Assembly: GCA_038207335.1 (NCBI GenBank) | Contig: JBBQZX010000012.1 | Span: 1 to 64,000, forward strand | Length of the DNA stretch: 64,000 nucleotides | Source of the DNA: Chthoniobacterales bacterium | GTDB taxonomy: Bacteria; Verrucomicrobiota; Verrucomicrobiia; Chthoniobacterales; Chthoniobacteraceae | Direction of reading: 5' to 3' | Part shown: positions 1 to 8,293 of the stretch, one piece after another | How positions within the stretch are numbered: the stretch's first letter is position 1 | How the letters are laid out: each line of letters begins with the position of its first letter | Position numbers and translations under genes: made by a program | The notes under the pieces: model-generated | Seen by the model: the letters and a program-made list of their open reading frames with translations, nothing else | Databases searched by the model: none | Told to the model about the DNA's origin: nothing

Positions 1-561
1 GAATGGCGACTCGTGCTCAGCAATCACCTGCTGCTCGAATACGAGGAAGTCTTGAAACGCAACGCCGCCGAGATCGCGCTCACGCACGACGAAGTGGATC
101 GTTTTCTCAACGCCATCTGTCAGGCCGCCGATTGCTTTCAACTACCAGCACCACAACCGCCGCGCTTGCCCGATGCCGACGACGAACCGCTTTTGCGGCT
201 CGCGGAAACATCCGGCGCACGGCTCATCACCACGCACAATCTCCGCCACCTTCGCCCTGCGCTGGCGCACGGAGTCGCCGTCTTGCCACCGCGCGAGTTT
301 CTGCGCATCTTGTCCACATTAGCCATGACGACGCTCCGAGCCGCAATTCCCGACGACCTGCACGAAGCCGTGCTCGCCCAAGCCGAGCGCGAGCACATCA
401 GCGTGGACGCCCTCATCTCGCGCACCCTGCGCGCCGCTGTCGCCTTCCCGTTGCTTGGCCTGAGTGTGCAGGAGCGCGCCGCTAGCGGAAACTGGGAGGA
501 CTTCGATCGCATCATGGTCCGCGTTCCCGACGCACCCCCAGTGCCGGGTGACGAGCGCTAG
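1..561 (+). CDS. PIN-domain toxin fused in frame to a RHH/HicB-like antitoxin (5' end outside window)
   Basis: Frame is open from base 1. PIN motifs LLLEYEEVL, PDADDEPLL and LITTHNLRHL are followed without a stop by MTTLRAAIPDDLHEAV..EREHISVDALI (ATG at 325), which looks like a RHH antitoxin. Confidence 0.75.
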   Translation, partial: EWRLVLSNHLLLEYEEVLKRNAAEIALTHDEVDRFLNAICQAADCFQLPAPQPPRLPDADDEPLLRLAETSGARLITTHNLRHLRPALAHGVAVLPPREFLRILSTLAMTTLRAAIPDDLHEAVLAQAEREHISVDALISRTLRAAVAFPLLGLSVQERAASGNWEDFDRIMVRVPDAPPVPGDER

Positions 562-575
562 GATCGCAACCACTT

Positions 576-1310
576 ATGCCCGACGGATGCCCGATCTGTT
601 CCGGTGGACGTATTCGGGCCTTTAATTGGCGTATGGCAGTGGCAGGAGACGCTGACCTGCACTCCTACTCACGGAGTATGTATCGACGCGAGGCCTTGCG
701 TCGTGGTTCGTTTTGGGGCTGCAAGCGCTGCAATGACTTGTTTTATCTGGATGACAGCGGCGCGGACATGTATCACATCGGCAGCGATAAAGCAGAAATG
801 TATCGGAGGCTCGCGGAGGCACCCCCTCGTCTGACGGATGCTCTCTACGCGAAAGCCGAGTCGTTGAATCCGATCAACGGCAACGTCGGATGCAGAGTTA
901 CGACAACGAGTGGAAAGGTAGTGGACGTTGCGGAAATTAAATTTCAGCGCTTCCCTGAAGCGCTTTTCTGGGTGGATGGTCCGCCTCACCTTTGCACCGA
1001 GATTGCTGAAATCGAATCGTCACCCTACGCTCTGCCACATTCGATCCGCAGAGCATCATATTCGGCTAAGGATATTATGGTCGGTGATGAGTGCGTCGGC
1101 TACGAGCCTACTCCAATTGAATCTCCGCACGGGCGGGTCTTCCTTCTGGCAGAATTTTCGACTTTCTTTGCCTACAAGCACCTTCGCGGATGCGATATGC
1201 AATTTTCGACGAAGCGTCCGCCTTACTGGTCACTTCTAGGCCCGCCAATAAAGTATCACTTCCCGAGCGACTTGGTTACGACGTTTCTGGCAGATCCGCG
1301 CGAGCACTAA
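576..1310 (+). CDS. Hypothetical protein with possible Zn-ribbon
   Basis: 244-aa ORF with CPIC and CKRC pairs, in a visibly less GC-rich segment. Confidence 0.6.
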   Translation: MPDGCPICSGGRIRAFNWRMAVAGDADLHSYSRSMYRREALRRGSFWGCKRCNDLFYLDDSGADMYHIGSDKAEMYRRLAEAPPRLTDALYAKAESLNPINGNVGCRVTTTSGKVVDVAEIKFQRFPEALFWVDGPPHLCTEIAEIESSPYALPHSIRRASYSAKDIMVGDECVGYEPTPIESPHGRVFLLAEFSTFFAYKHLRGCDMQFSTKRPPYWSLLGPPIKYHFPSDLVTTFLADPREH

Positions 1311-2062
1311 CCGATCTCTTCTGAAACGATGCTTACTGATTTGACCCGGAATAGCTGACAGTCGACGACGTCAGCACTGTTCACGTCAAAGATTGCAAGA
1401 ATGTGTCCGAGACCAAGCGCGCTATGATATGCGACACCGTCAAACCCAGCATGGCGAAAAGCTTCGGCGAGGATTTGTGTTGGGGCGTAGTCAGCGAGAA
1501 AATCGTTGCGTGTAACGGGCTGCGAAAAGGCCTGAGCAACCAATTGCCAGTTTGCCTCCTCGCGTTCAGCCGAAGCAGGTTCAGCGAGATAGAACGGGTA
1601 TCCCGGGGTTGCCGACGAGCAGTTTAAAATCCGCAGCGTCCGATTCGTCCTGAGAGCCGCTAACGATACGTGCACTCCGACCCAAGGCCGAACCTCTGCA
1701 ATCGCAGTATCGCGAGCGATCACGGCATCGCGATGAATGGTGGTGTAAAGGCATGGTATTCCCTTCGGATTCGCTCGCCCTTCCGTTGCTTCGAACGGAA
1801 GCGGTTTCATCCGCTCAAAAAGGTGCGGGGCTATACCCACTCTTGTCTCTTCGCTATCATAAAGTTCAATCGGTCGCCAGCCATGACCGAGCTGCGCACG
1901 CCAGAGCTCAGCGCCAGACGGCACAAATTCTTGTCTCTTGGAAGCGCTGTCCAAAACCGCGTCGAGAAACGCTTGCTGCTCGGTAGTGCGTGCGTAGCGC
2001 CACTTCGTGGTAACGGAGGCAGCGAACTGCATGTAGCTTTTCCACGAATCGAACTCGGGCAT
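1307..2062 (-). CDS. RES-domain protein (putative NAD+ phosphorylase)
   Basis: Motifs GRANPKGIPCLY, TAIAEVRP and YAPTQILAEAFRHAGFDGVAYHS carry the R-E-S residues. Confidence 0.85.
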   Translation of the reverse strand: MPEFDSWKSYMQFAASVTTKWRYARTTEQQAFLDAVLDSASKRQEFVPSGAELWRAQLGHGWRPIELYDSEETRVGIAPHLFERMKPLPFEATEGRANPKGIPCLYTTIHRDAVIARDTAIAEVRPWVGVHVSLAALRTNRTLRILNCSSATPGYPFYLAEPASAEREEANWQLVAQAFSQPVTRNDFLADYAPTQILAEAFRHAGFDGVAYHSALGLGHILAIFDVNSADVVDCQLFRVKSVSIVSEEIG

Positions 2063-2125
2063 GTCGAGATTCTAAGCGGTAGAGTTCTTTAGTGCGTATG
2101 GAATTATTGGGAGGAACGCGGCAGC

Positions 2126-2162
2126 ATCACCCCGGTGGAGACGAATCCCCACCGGGGCTTTG
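2126..2162. terminator. GC-rich hairpin, copy 1
   Basis: CCCCGGTGG-AGACGAATCC-CCACCGGGG followed by CTTTGCTTTT on +. A near-identical copy is at 3066-3102. Confidence 0.55.
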
Positions 2163-2174
2163 CTTTTCCTCCTC

Positions 2175-3015
2175 TCAAGCCGCGAGCGCGTAGCGGCGGA
2201 AGAAGCCGTTCAGCTCCTCTACTTCGCCGGCGGCATCGTCCGGCTCGTTGAGCGCCTCGAGCCTCGGCAGTTCTGCCTCGATGAACCGCGAGAGCGCTTC
2301 GACCGGCGGCGCGACGGCGAGTTCTTCGCCGGCCTGCTTGCGCGCGACGAGTTCAGCGAGCGCGGCGCGCACGTCGGCTTCGTCGAGCACGCCTTTGATC
2401 AGTTGCGCGATGAGCATCGGCACCTGGCCGAGCTGGCGCTCGATCCAGCGGCACGCGAGCAGCGGACGGAAGACGTAGAGATACTTCTTCAGACTCACCT
2501 CCTCGCGACCGCGCAGGTAGTCGCGCCAGTTGCCGAAGGCCATGTGCAGGTAGTGCGCGAAGCAGCGCCGCGGCGAATAAAACTCCGTCGCGAGCGCGCC
2601 GAACTCGGCGGCGAAGACCGGATCGTGACGATACACGACCGGCGACTTCAGCCATTCGAGCAGCGGCGGGTTGCTCTTGCGGAGCAGGCGCAGCGCCTTG
2701 CGCAGCTCCCAGCCGCTCACGTCGAGATCGTCAGCGATTGGCTCTTCGATCACGTCGCGCCGGTCCTCGACTGACAGATACCAGTCGCGCCGGTGGACGT
2801 AGAGAAAGCGCACGTCGTAGTCGCTGTCGCGCGAGGCAAAGCCCCACGCGCGACTGCGGCTTTGCCGCTCCGGCGGCTATGCAGTTACCGCTCCGCGTTT
2901 GCAGGATTGCGCTTCCGCGCATGGCGTTCGCACGCGAAAGCACGCGCACGTTTCGCTCGGCCTCGACCTGAGCGAGCGCGTGGCGGACGCGCTGGAAGAC
3001 TTCGTTCCCATGCAT
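2175..3015 (-). pseudogene. YcgL/RlaP-like nucleotidyltransferase (Pol-beta superfamily), copy 1, disrupted
   Basis: Contains SRAWGFASRDSDYDVRFLY, LRKSNPPLLEWLKSP and KKYLYVFRPLLA. The N-terminus is out of frame because of a 65-bp insertion (2862-2926) and an apparent 1-bp loss near 2938. Confidence 0.85.
2862..2926 (+). mobile_element. Miniature three-hairpin insertion element, copy A (65 bp)
   Basis: Begins TTGCCGCTCCGGCGGC, ends GGCG, followed by TTC. Removal restores A-C-E-S-R-S-R-A-W in the host gene. Confidence 0.8.
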
Positions 3016-3065
3016 GGGAACCTCCTTTCTATGTTGATGGATCGGGTTTATGGCGGTGAGGAGGA

Positions 3066-3102
3066 ATCACCCCGGCGGAGACGAATCCCCGCCGGGGCTT
3101 TG
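3066..3102. terminator. GC-rich hairpin, copy 2
   Basis: CCCCGGCGG-AGACGAATCC-CCGCCGGGG. It differs from copy 1 by one compensatory T-A to C-G pair. Confidence 0.55.
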
Positions 3103-3125
3103 TGTTCCCCCCTCACAGTTTTGGT

Positions 3126-3600
3126 TCACGTTTCTCCCGGCTCAGGCGCGGACGGCTTGGCGGCACGCGAGCTAAGGGACGGGAGCAGGGCCGAGAGGTC
3201 GTTCATCACGAACGTCTGGCCCGCATTGGATGCTTCGAGCGTTTGCAGGAAGCGGAGCGTCGCGAGCGCCGGCTGGCCCTCGATGAGCCGCGCCGCGTTC
3301 GCGAGGTTGCGCAGCGCAGCGGATTGCGGCTCCGGCCGCTATGCAGTGACCGCTCCGCGTTTGGAAGGAGGCGCTTTAGCGCTTGGCGTTCACCGCGGGC
3401 GCGTTCGAGCGCGGCCTGGCCTTCCTGCTTGGCCTTGAGCACTTCGCTGAAAGCCTTGCGCAGTTCGCCCGGCAGCATCACGTCGCGCACTTCGACGGCG
3501 TGGACTTGCATGCCGACGGCCTGGCCTGCGACGCGACAAGTTCGCGGAACTGCGCACCGATGGCGACATGCTGCATGAGCGGCGCCTCCGTCGGCACACC
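3126..3600 (-). pseudogene. SPFH/band-7 (slipin-like) protein, C-terminal fragment
   Basis: Reads VEVRDVMLPGELRKAFSEVLKAKQEGQAALERARGE[insert]SAALRNLANAARLIEGQPALATLRFLQTL. It is 5'-truncated, frameshifted near 3522 and interrupted at 3324-3388. Confidence 0.8.
3324..3388 (+). mobile_element. Miniature three-hairpin insertion element, copy B (65 bp)
   Basis: 54/65 identical to copy A by manual alignment and followed by TTC. Removal restores R-A-R-G-E-S-A-A-L-R. Confidence 0.8.
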
Positions 3601-3650
3601 CGCGAGAGGTTTGGCCTTTCCGTCGTGAGAACCCGCTGTATTTTTCCGCC

Positions 3651-3914
3651 ATGACCGTAGAAGAACTCAAATCCGAAGCTGCCAAGCTTCCGCCGGATGA
3701 CCGTTTCGCGCTCGCGGAGTGGATCGAGCAAAGCGAGGATATTCGCGAGTTGCGCCGCGCGGCGCTCGTTCGGGAAATTGAAATCGGGCTCGATCAACTT
3801 GACCGCGGAGAATGCGTCGAGTGCAAGGACGATGCGGAACTTCACTCATTCTTCGATGGCGTGAAGGCCCGCGGACGCGAACTGCTCAGCACGCGCAAAG
3901 AGTCGGCGGCGTGA
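3651..3914 (+). CDS. ParD-like/addiction-module antitoxin
   Basis: 87 aa with LVREIEIGLDQLDRGE. Its stop overlaps the downstream parE-like start (GTGA). Confidence 0.7.
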   Translation: MTVEELKSEAAKLPPDDRFALAEWIEQSEDIRELRRAALVREIEIGLDQLDRGECVECKDDAELHSFFDGVKARGRELLSTRKESAA

Positions 3915-4193
3915 GCCTCTACCGCATCGCGCGGGCGGCGCAGCGCGACCTTGACGAAATCTGGTGCTACATCGGCTCCTTCGACGTGCGGGCCGCTGCC
4001 CGCTGGCTCGACGCTGTAGAGCAGCGATTCAAGATTCTCGCGACGCAGCCGCACGCCGGGCAGGCACGACCGGACCTCGCACCCGATCTGCGATTCCTGC
4101 CCGTTGGCAACTACCTCATCTTTCACCGGCCATGGCGTGGAGATCGCGCGCGTGATCCACGGCTCGCGCGACTACGGCCCGGACTTTTTCTGA
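3911..4193 (+). pseudogene. parE: ParE/RelE-family toxin, frameshifted
   Basis: Reads MSLYRIARAAQRDLDEIWCYIG..GQARPDLAPDLRFLPVGNYLIFHRP. The conserved tail GVEIARVIHGSRDY continues in another frame from about 4131 to TGA at 4191-4193. Confidence 0.8.
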
Positions 4194-4518
4194 TGCTCCG
4201 ACATCACGGAGAAATGCCCCGCCGGTGCTGCCCAATTGCAGACACCGACGGGGTGGTTGTTTCCTCCTCTCAAGCTGCGAGCGCGTAGCGGCGGAAGAAT
4301 CCGTTCAGCTCCTCCACTTCGCCGGCGGCATCGTCCGGCTCGTTGAGCGCCTCTAGCCTCGGCAGTTCGGCCTCAATGAAACGCGTGAGCGCTTCGACCG
4401 GCGGCGCGACGGCCAGTTCGTCGCCGGCTTGCTTGCGCGCGACGAGTTCAGCGAGCGCGGCGCGCACGTCGGCTTCGTCGAGCACGCCCTCCACGAGTTG
4501 CGCGAAGAGCATCGGCAC

Positions 4519-4557
4519 CCCTTCGGCGGGCTCAGGGCCTTGAGCTTGTCGAAACGG
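4519..4557. repeat. 39-bp REP-like palindrome inserted in frame
   Basis: TTCGGCGGGCTCA-GGGCCT-TGAGCTTGTCGAA hairpin with G.T wobbles. It is absent from paralog copy 1 (LG-Q-VPM versus LG-K-PFRQAQGPEPAEG-VPM). Confidence 0.8.
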
Positions 4558-4711
4558 CTTGCCGAGCTGGCGCTCGATCCAGCGGCACGCGAGCAGCGGA
4601 CGGAAGACGTAGAGATACTTCTTCAGACTCACTTCCTTGCGACCGCGCAGGTAGTCGCGCCAGTTACCGAAGGCCATGTGCAGGTAGTGCGCGAAGCAGC
4701 GTCGCGGCGAA

Positions 4712-4779
4712 CGCTTGGCGCGAAAGCGCCGATACTATTGTGTCGCGGAGCGCTCACCGCATAGTCGCCGGAGCGGCAA
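4712..4779 (-). mobile_element. Miniature three-hairpin insertion element, copy C (68 bp)
   Basis: On the minus strand it reads TTGCCGCTCCGGCGACTATGC...GGCGCTTTCGCGCCAAGCG then TTC. The empty site is visible in paralog copy 1 (about 2572-2586, EFYSPRR). Confidence 0.85.
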
Positions 4780-5045
4780 TAGAACTCCGTCGCGAGTGCG
4801 CCGAACTCAGCGGCGAAGACCGGATCGTGACGATACACGACCGGCGACTTCAGCCATTCGAGCAGTGGCGGGTTGCTCTTGCGGAGCAGTCGCAGCGCCT
4901 TGCGCAGTTCCCAGCCGCTCACGTCGAGATCATCGGCGATGGGCTGTTCAATGACGTCGCGCCGGTCCTCGACCGATCGGACAGATGGCGGAGGAGGGTG
5001 TTGCGCCCGTCCCTCGTAACGCTCAACTCTCAACCCTCCTCCCGC

Positions 5046-5813
5046 TCACACCGCACGGAAGGCGCGGAGCGCTTCGAGCACGCCTTCGCTGCATGGGGCA
5101 GTGGCGATGTGGCCGCCGGCTTGGCGCACGGTTTTTTTTACAGCCTCGACGGCGTTCGATGGGCACGCGGTCCAGCGGGCGTGCGTGCCGTCGAGCATCG
5201 GGATGTCGTTGAAGTGGTCGCCCGCCGCGAAGATGTTTTCGCGGTCGATACCCGTGAGCCGACCGAGCTCTCCGAGCGCGGTGCCTTTGCTGTACGATTC
5301 GTGGCAAAAGCGGACGTAAACCGTGTTGCGCATGAACTGAAAACCCGGCACACGCGAGCGCTCGGTCTCAAGAAATTCGCAGACGCGATCCATCTGTTCG
5401 TCCGTTTCGGTGGCGAGCCCGATGAGCCGTTTGCCGTCGAAGATGAGATGCGCCTTCACCTCGGTCGTGAGGTATTTGTGGATGTCGTCGAGCAGCGGCC
5501 CGGCGCTTTCGAAAAGCTCGTTGTGCGCGACTATGCAGCGCGCATTCCAGTCGCCGAAATCCTGCCATTGCCCGTCGGCGCCGCGATGAAAAACCTCGCG
5601 TTCCGCCGTCAGGACGAAATCGGGCTCCACCGGAAACGCGAACTCGCGCAGCCCCTCGACGATGTGCGCGAGTTCGCGTCCGGTGTTCACCGCCCACATG
5701 ACGCCGTTGCTTTTCAGCGCGACGAGCGCGTCGCGAAATTCGGCGGAGACGGCGGGCTTTACGTCATGGTTCACGACAGTCCCATCGAAGTCGGTGCTCA
5801 GCAGTTTGATCAT
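5046..5813 (-). CDS. HAD-superfamily (Cof-like, subfamily IIB) hydrolase
   Basis: MIKLLSTDFDGT, VNTGR, SKGTAL and AGDHFNDIPML motifs. Start taken at ATG 5813. Confidence 0.9.
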   Translation of the reverse strand: MIKLLSTDFDGTVVNHDVKPAVSAEFRDALVALKSNGVMWAVNTGRELAHIVEGLREFAFPVEPDFVLTAEREVFHRGADGQWQDFGDWNARCIVAHNELFESAGPLLDDIHKYLTTEVKAHLIFDGKRLIGLATETDEQMDRVCEFLETERSRVPGFQFMRNTVYVRFCHESYSKGTALGELGRLTGIDRENIFAAGDHFNDIPMLDGTHARWTACPSNAVEAVKKTVRQAGGHIATAPCSEGVLEALRAFRAV

Positions 5814-5923
5814 TGAGGAAAAGTTGAAGATTGAGAAATGCAGCGCGGCAGCGGCTAGATGCGCGTGCGTGCCGCAGCACATGTAAGCTGCGGCCAACAC
5901 TCAAACCTCATCTTTTTCAAAAA

Positions 5924-6199
5924 ATGAAATCCGCCTACGAACTCGCAATGGAGCGCCTGGAGCAGCAATCGCCGACGGCAAAACTCACTGACGCTCAGAA
6001 AGCTGAGCTTGCGGAGATCGACGCGCTTTTCAAGGCGAAGACCGCCGAGCGTGAAGTCTTCCTGCGCGACCAAATCAACAAGGCGCAGGCGGCTGGAAAA
6101 TATCACGAGATTGACGAACTCGAACAGCAGCTCTCGCGGGACCTCCGAAAACTCGCCGCCGACTGCGAGGCGAAAAAGGAAAAAGCGAGACGAGGATAA
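5924..6199 (+). CDS. Small helical hypothetical protein
   Basis: MKSAYELAMERLE..., coiled-coil-like, with an A-rich leader before ATG 5924. Confidence 0.75.
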   Translation: MKSAYELAMERLEQQSPTAKLTDAQKAELAEIDALFKAKTAEREVFLRDQINKAQAAGKYHEIDELEQQLSRDLRKLAADCEAKKEKARRG

Positions 6200-6204
6200 C
6201 TCCC

Positions 6205-6561
6205 CTACGCCGCCATCGCCGTCAGCAGCTCGCGCATCCGCGCAAAATGGATCGGCTTGTGGAGATAATCCCGCGCGCCGCAGGTCGTGACGCTCGGGTA
6301 GTTCGATTCCACGAGGCCGGACATGAGCACGACTTTCACGAGGGGGTCGCGGCTGAGGAGTTGGTGGCAGACGGTGAAGCCGTTGAACTTCGGCATGATG
6401 ATGTCCAGAAGCACGAGGTCCGGCCGGTGCTGGAGGCAGCTCCGCATCACCGCGAGCCCGCCACTCGTCACGCTATCGACGACTTCGTGATCGCACGCCG
6501 TGACGAACGCGGTCAGTAGGTCCGCCACGTTCCGGTCGTCGTCGGCGATGAGGACGCGCAT
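6205..6561 (-). CDS. Stand-alone response regulator receiver
   Basis: MRVLIADDD, PDLVLLDIIMPKFNG and YLHKP motifs. Confidence 0.9.
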   Translation of the reverse strand: MRVLIADDDRNVADLLTAFVTACDHEVVDSVTSGGLAVMRSCLQHRPDLVLLDIIMPKFNGFTVCHQLLSRDPLVKVVLMSGLVESNYPSVTTCGARDYLHKPIHFARMRELLTAMAA

Positions 6562-6569
6562 TTCTTTCC

Positions 6570-7052
6570 TCAGGCTGCGGCCAGGAGCGTCGTCCGGAGT
6601 TGCACGAATGCGAACAGCTCGAGAAGGTCGTCCACATGGAATGGCTTCGTGATCACCGTGCCGTTCACGAGCCGGATGAAGTCGTTGACCTTCACATTTC
6701 CGCGATAGCCCGTCATGAAAATGAACCGGCTGCAAAGATGCGGGCGCATCCGCTCGACGGCGCGGAAGAACATGTCGCCCGGCAGCGTCGGCATGAGCAT
6801 GTCGCAGAGGATCACTTCGAAATCGCCGGCGAGAACCTCGTGGACGCCCTCCACGCCATTCTGCACGGCGCGCACGTCATAGCCATTCTCGGTGAGGAAA
6901 TCGGTAATGATTTCCTTGAACGTCGGATCGTCCTCAAGGATGAGCACTTTCTGCTTTCGACCGGCAGCAGGCTCGTGAATGCGAAAGATCGCGGGTGCCG
7001 CAGGCGCGGTTTCGGATTCGGGCGTGAGATCAGGAGCAGGCATGAGTTGCAT
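6570..7052 (-). CDS. Stand-alone response regulator receiver
   Basis: KVLILEDD, VILCDMLMP, FMTG and TKPF motifs. Start uncertain (7052 or 7043). Confidence 0.85.
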   Translation of the reverse strand: MQLMPAPDLTPESETAPAAPAIFRIHEPAAGRKQKVLILEDDPTFKEIITDFLTENGYDVRAVQNGVEGVHEVLAGDFEVILCDMLMPTLPGDMFFRAVERMRPHLCSRFIFMTGYRGNVKVNDFIRLVNGTVITKPFHVDDLLELFAFVQLRTTLLAAA

Positions 7053-7237
7053 GGGTGATTGTGTGGTTGTGATTTTTATCAGCACGAACGATGCCATCGG
7101 AGAATCGGTGAAGCGTTGAAAATTCGAGAGACAATCCCGGCACGACGCGGCGTTGAATGACTGGAGCGATTGCAGCTTCGTCAAAGACGGTCCTACTTGT
7201 CCCTACGAGCCTCACAACCCTCCACCACGCGTCCCCG

Positions 7238-7759
7238 ATGAACGACACCGATGCACACGAAAACTGGAAAAACTGCTACCGGCAGCTCGCGCCCAAGCTC
7301 GTGCTTTTCGCCCGGCAATACGTTCGCTCGATTGCGGACGCCGAGGACATCGTGCAATCCGCCTTCGTGCGGTTCTGGCGCAAGCAGCCGGATGCGCAGC
7401 CGGAGCATTACCCACTGCTCTACACAGCAGTACGAACTACGGCGCTCGATCTTTTGCGAAAGGACGAGCGGCGGGCGCGGCGGGAGGCCGATCCGTCGGC
7501 GGAAAGCTTCAATAGCGAGCCCACTTTTTTTCAGCGCGAGATCGAGCTCCGCGAGGAAGCCGCGGAACTCTCCGTCGCGCTCCAGCGCCTCCCGGAGTCG
7601 CAGCGCGAGGTGCTCGTGCTGCGAATCTGGGGCGACCTCACTTTCGCCCAAATCGCCGAGACGCTCGGCGACTCCATCAACACCGTCGCATCGCGATACC
7701 GATACGCTCTCGAGGCGATGCGCAAAATTCTGAAACCGCAGGAATATGAACGAGTCTGA
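7238..7759 (+). CDS. ECF-family RNA polymerase sigma factor
   Basis: DAEDIVQSAF (region 2) and LPESQREVLVLRIWGDLTFAQIAETLG..NTVASR (region 4). Confidence 0.92.
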   Translation: MNDTDAHENWKNCYRQLAPKLVLFARQYVRSIADAEDIVQSAFVRFWRKQPDAQPEHYPLLYTAVRTTALDLLRKDERRARREADPSAESFNSEPTFFQREIELREEAAELSVALQRLPESQREVLVLRIWGDLTFAQIAETLGDSINTVASRYRYALEAMRKILKPQEYERV

Positions 7760-8273
7760 ATTTGAAAATGAACTCCGTGCCCTCGTCCCGGCCACACCGA
7801 GCGCAGGGCTAATGGATCGGATCGCACGCGAGCTCCGGCCAGCGAGCGGGATCGCCCGCGCAGGCGTGATCCCTCAGCCGAAGCCGCCTCGGCTGCTCTC
7901 GCGCATCCTCCCGGCGCTCGGTTGGATCGCCAGCGGAGCGGTCGCGGCGCTTCTCGTCGTACTCGCGGTTCGCGCGCCCGGCAACGCCGACACGATTTTG
8001 AAAATTTCGCCCGGGAGCCATGAATCCGCGCCAGTCGAAACCGGCGCAAGTGCGGCGGAAACCGCCAGCGATCTCGGCGAGGTCGCGACTTCGCGGCAGC
8101 TTGTGAATGCGACGGAAGAAGAGTTGCTCGTCAATGACGACCAAGAGCCCACGCGACGGATGCGCTTCACTTTCATCGAGCGCCACACGTGGACCGATCC
8201 CGAAACCGGCAGCACCGTTGAGGTGGAAATCCCCCGCGAAGATGTCGTGCTCGTGCCTGTCGCGATGCAGTGA
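7746..8273 (+). CDS. Putative membrane anti-sigma factor
   Basis: Overlaps the ECF gene and has a single TM segment (LGWIASGAVAALLVVLAV). Confidence 0.65.
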   Translation: MNESEFENELRALVPATPSAGLMDRIARELRPASGIARAGVIPQPKPPRLLSRILPALGWIASGAVAALLVVLAVRAPGNADTILKISPGSHESAPVETGASAAETASDLGEVATSRQLVNATEEELLVNDDQEPTRRMRFTFIERHTWTDPETGSTVEVEIPREDVVLVPVAMQ

Positions 8274-8293
8274 AACCCTTTCCCTAAAAAACT

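Larger units (their letters stand above)
4270..4988 (-). pseudogene. YcgL/RlaP-like nucleotidyltransferase, copy 2, 5'-truncated and disrupted
   Basis: Near-identical to 2175-2780 but lacks the catalytic SRAWG..DSDYD region. Carries a 68-bp insertion (4712-4779) and a 39-bp insertion (4519-4557). Confidence 0.85.

Noticed and set aside
2862..4779. Miniature elements as integron attC sites (ends resemble GGCGTT)
   Set aside because: There is no RYYYAAC inverse core or long single stem. They interrupt genes rather than follow cassettes, the base before the left TT is not G, and no integrase is in view.
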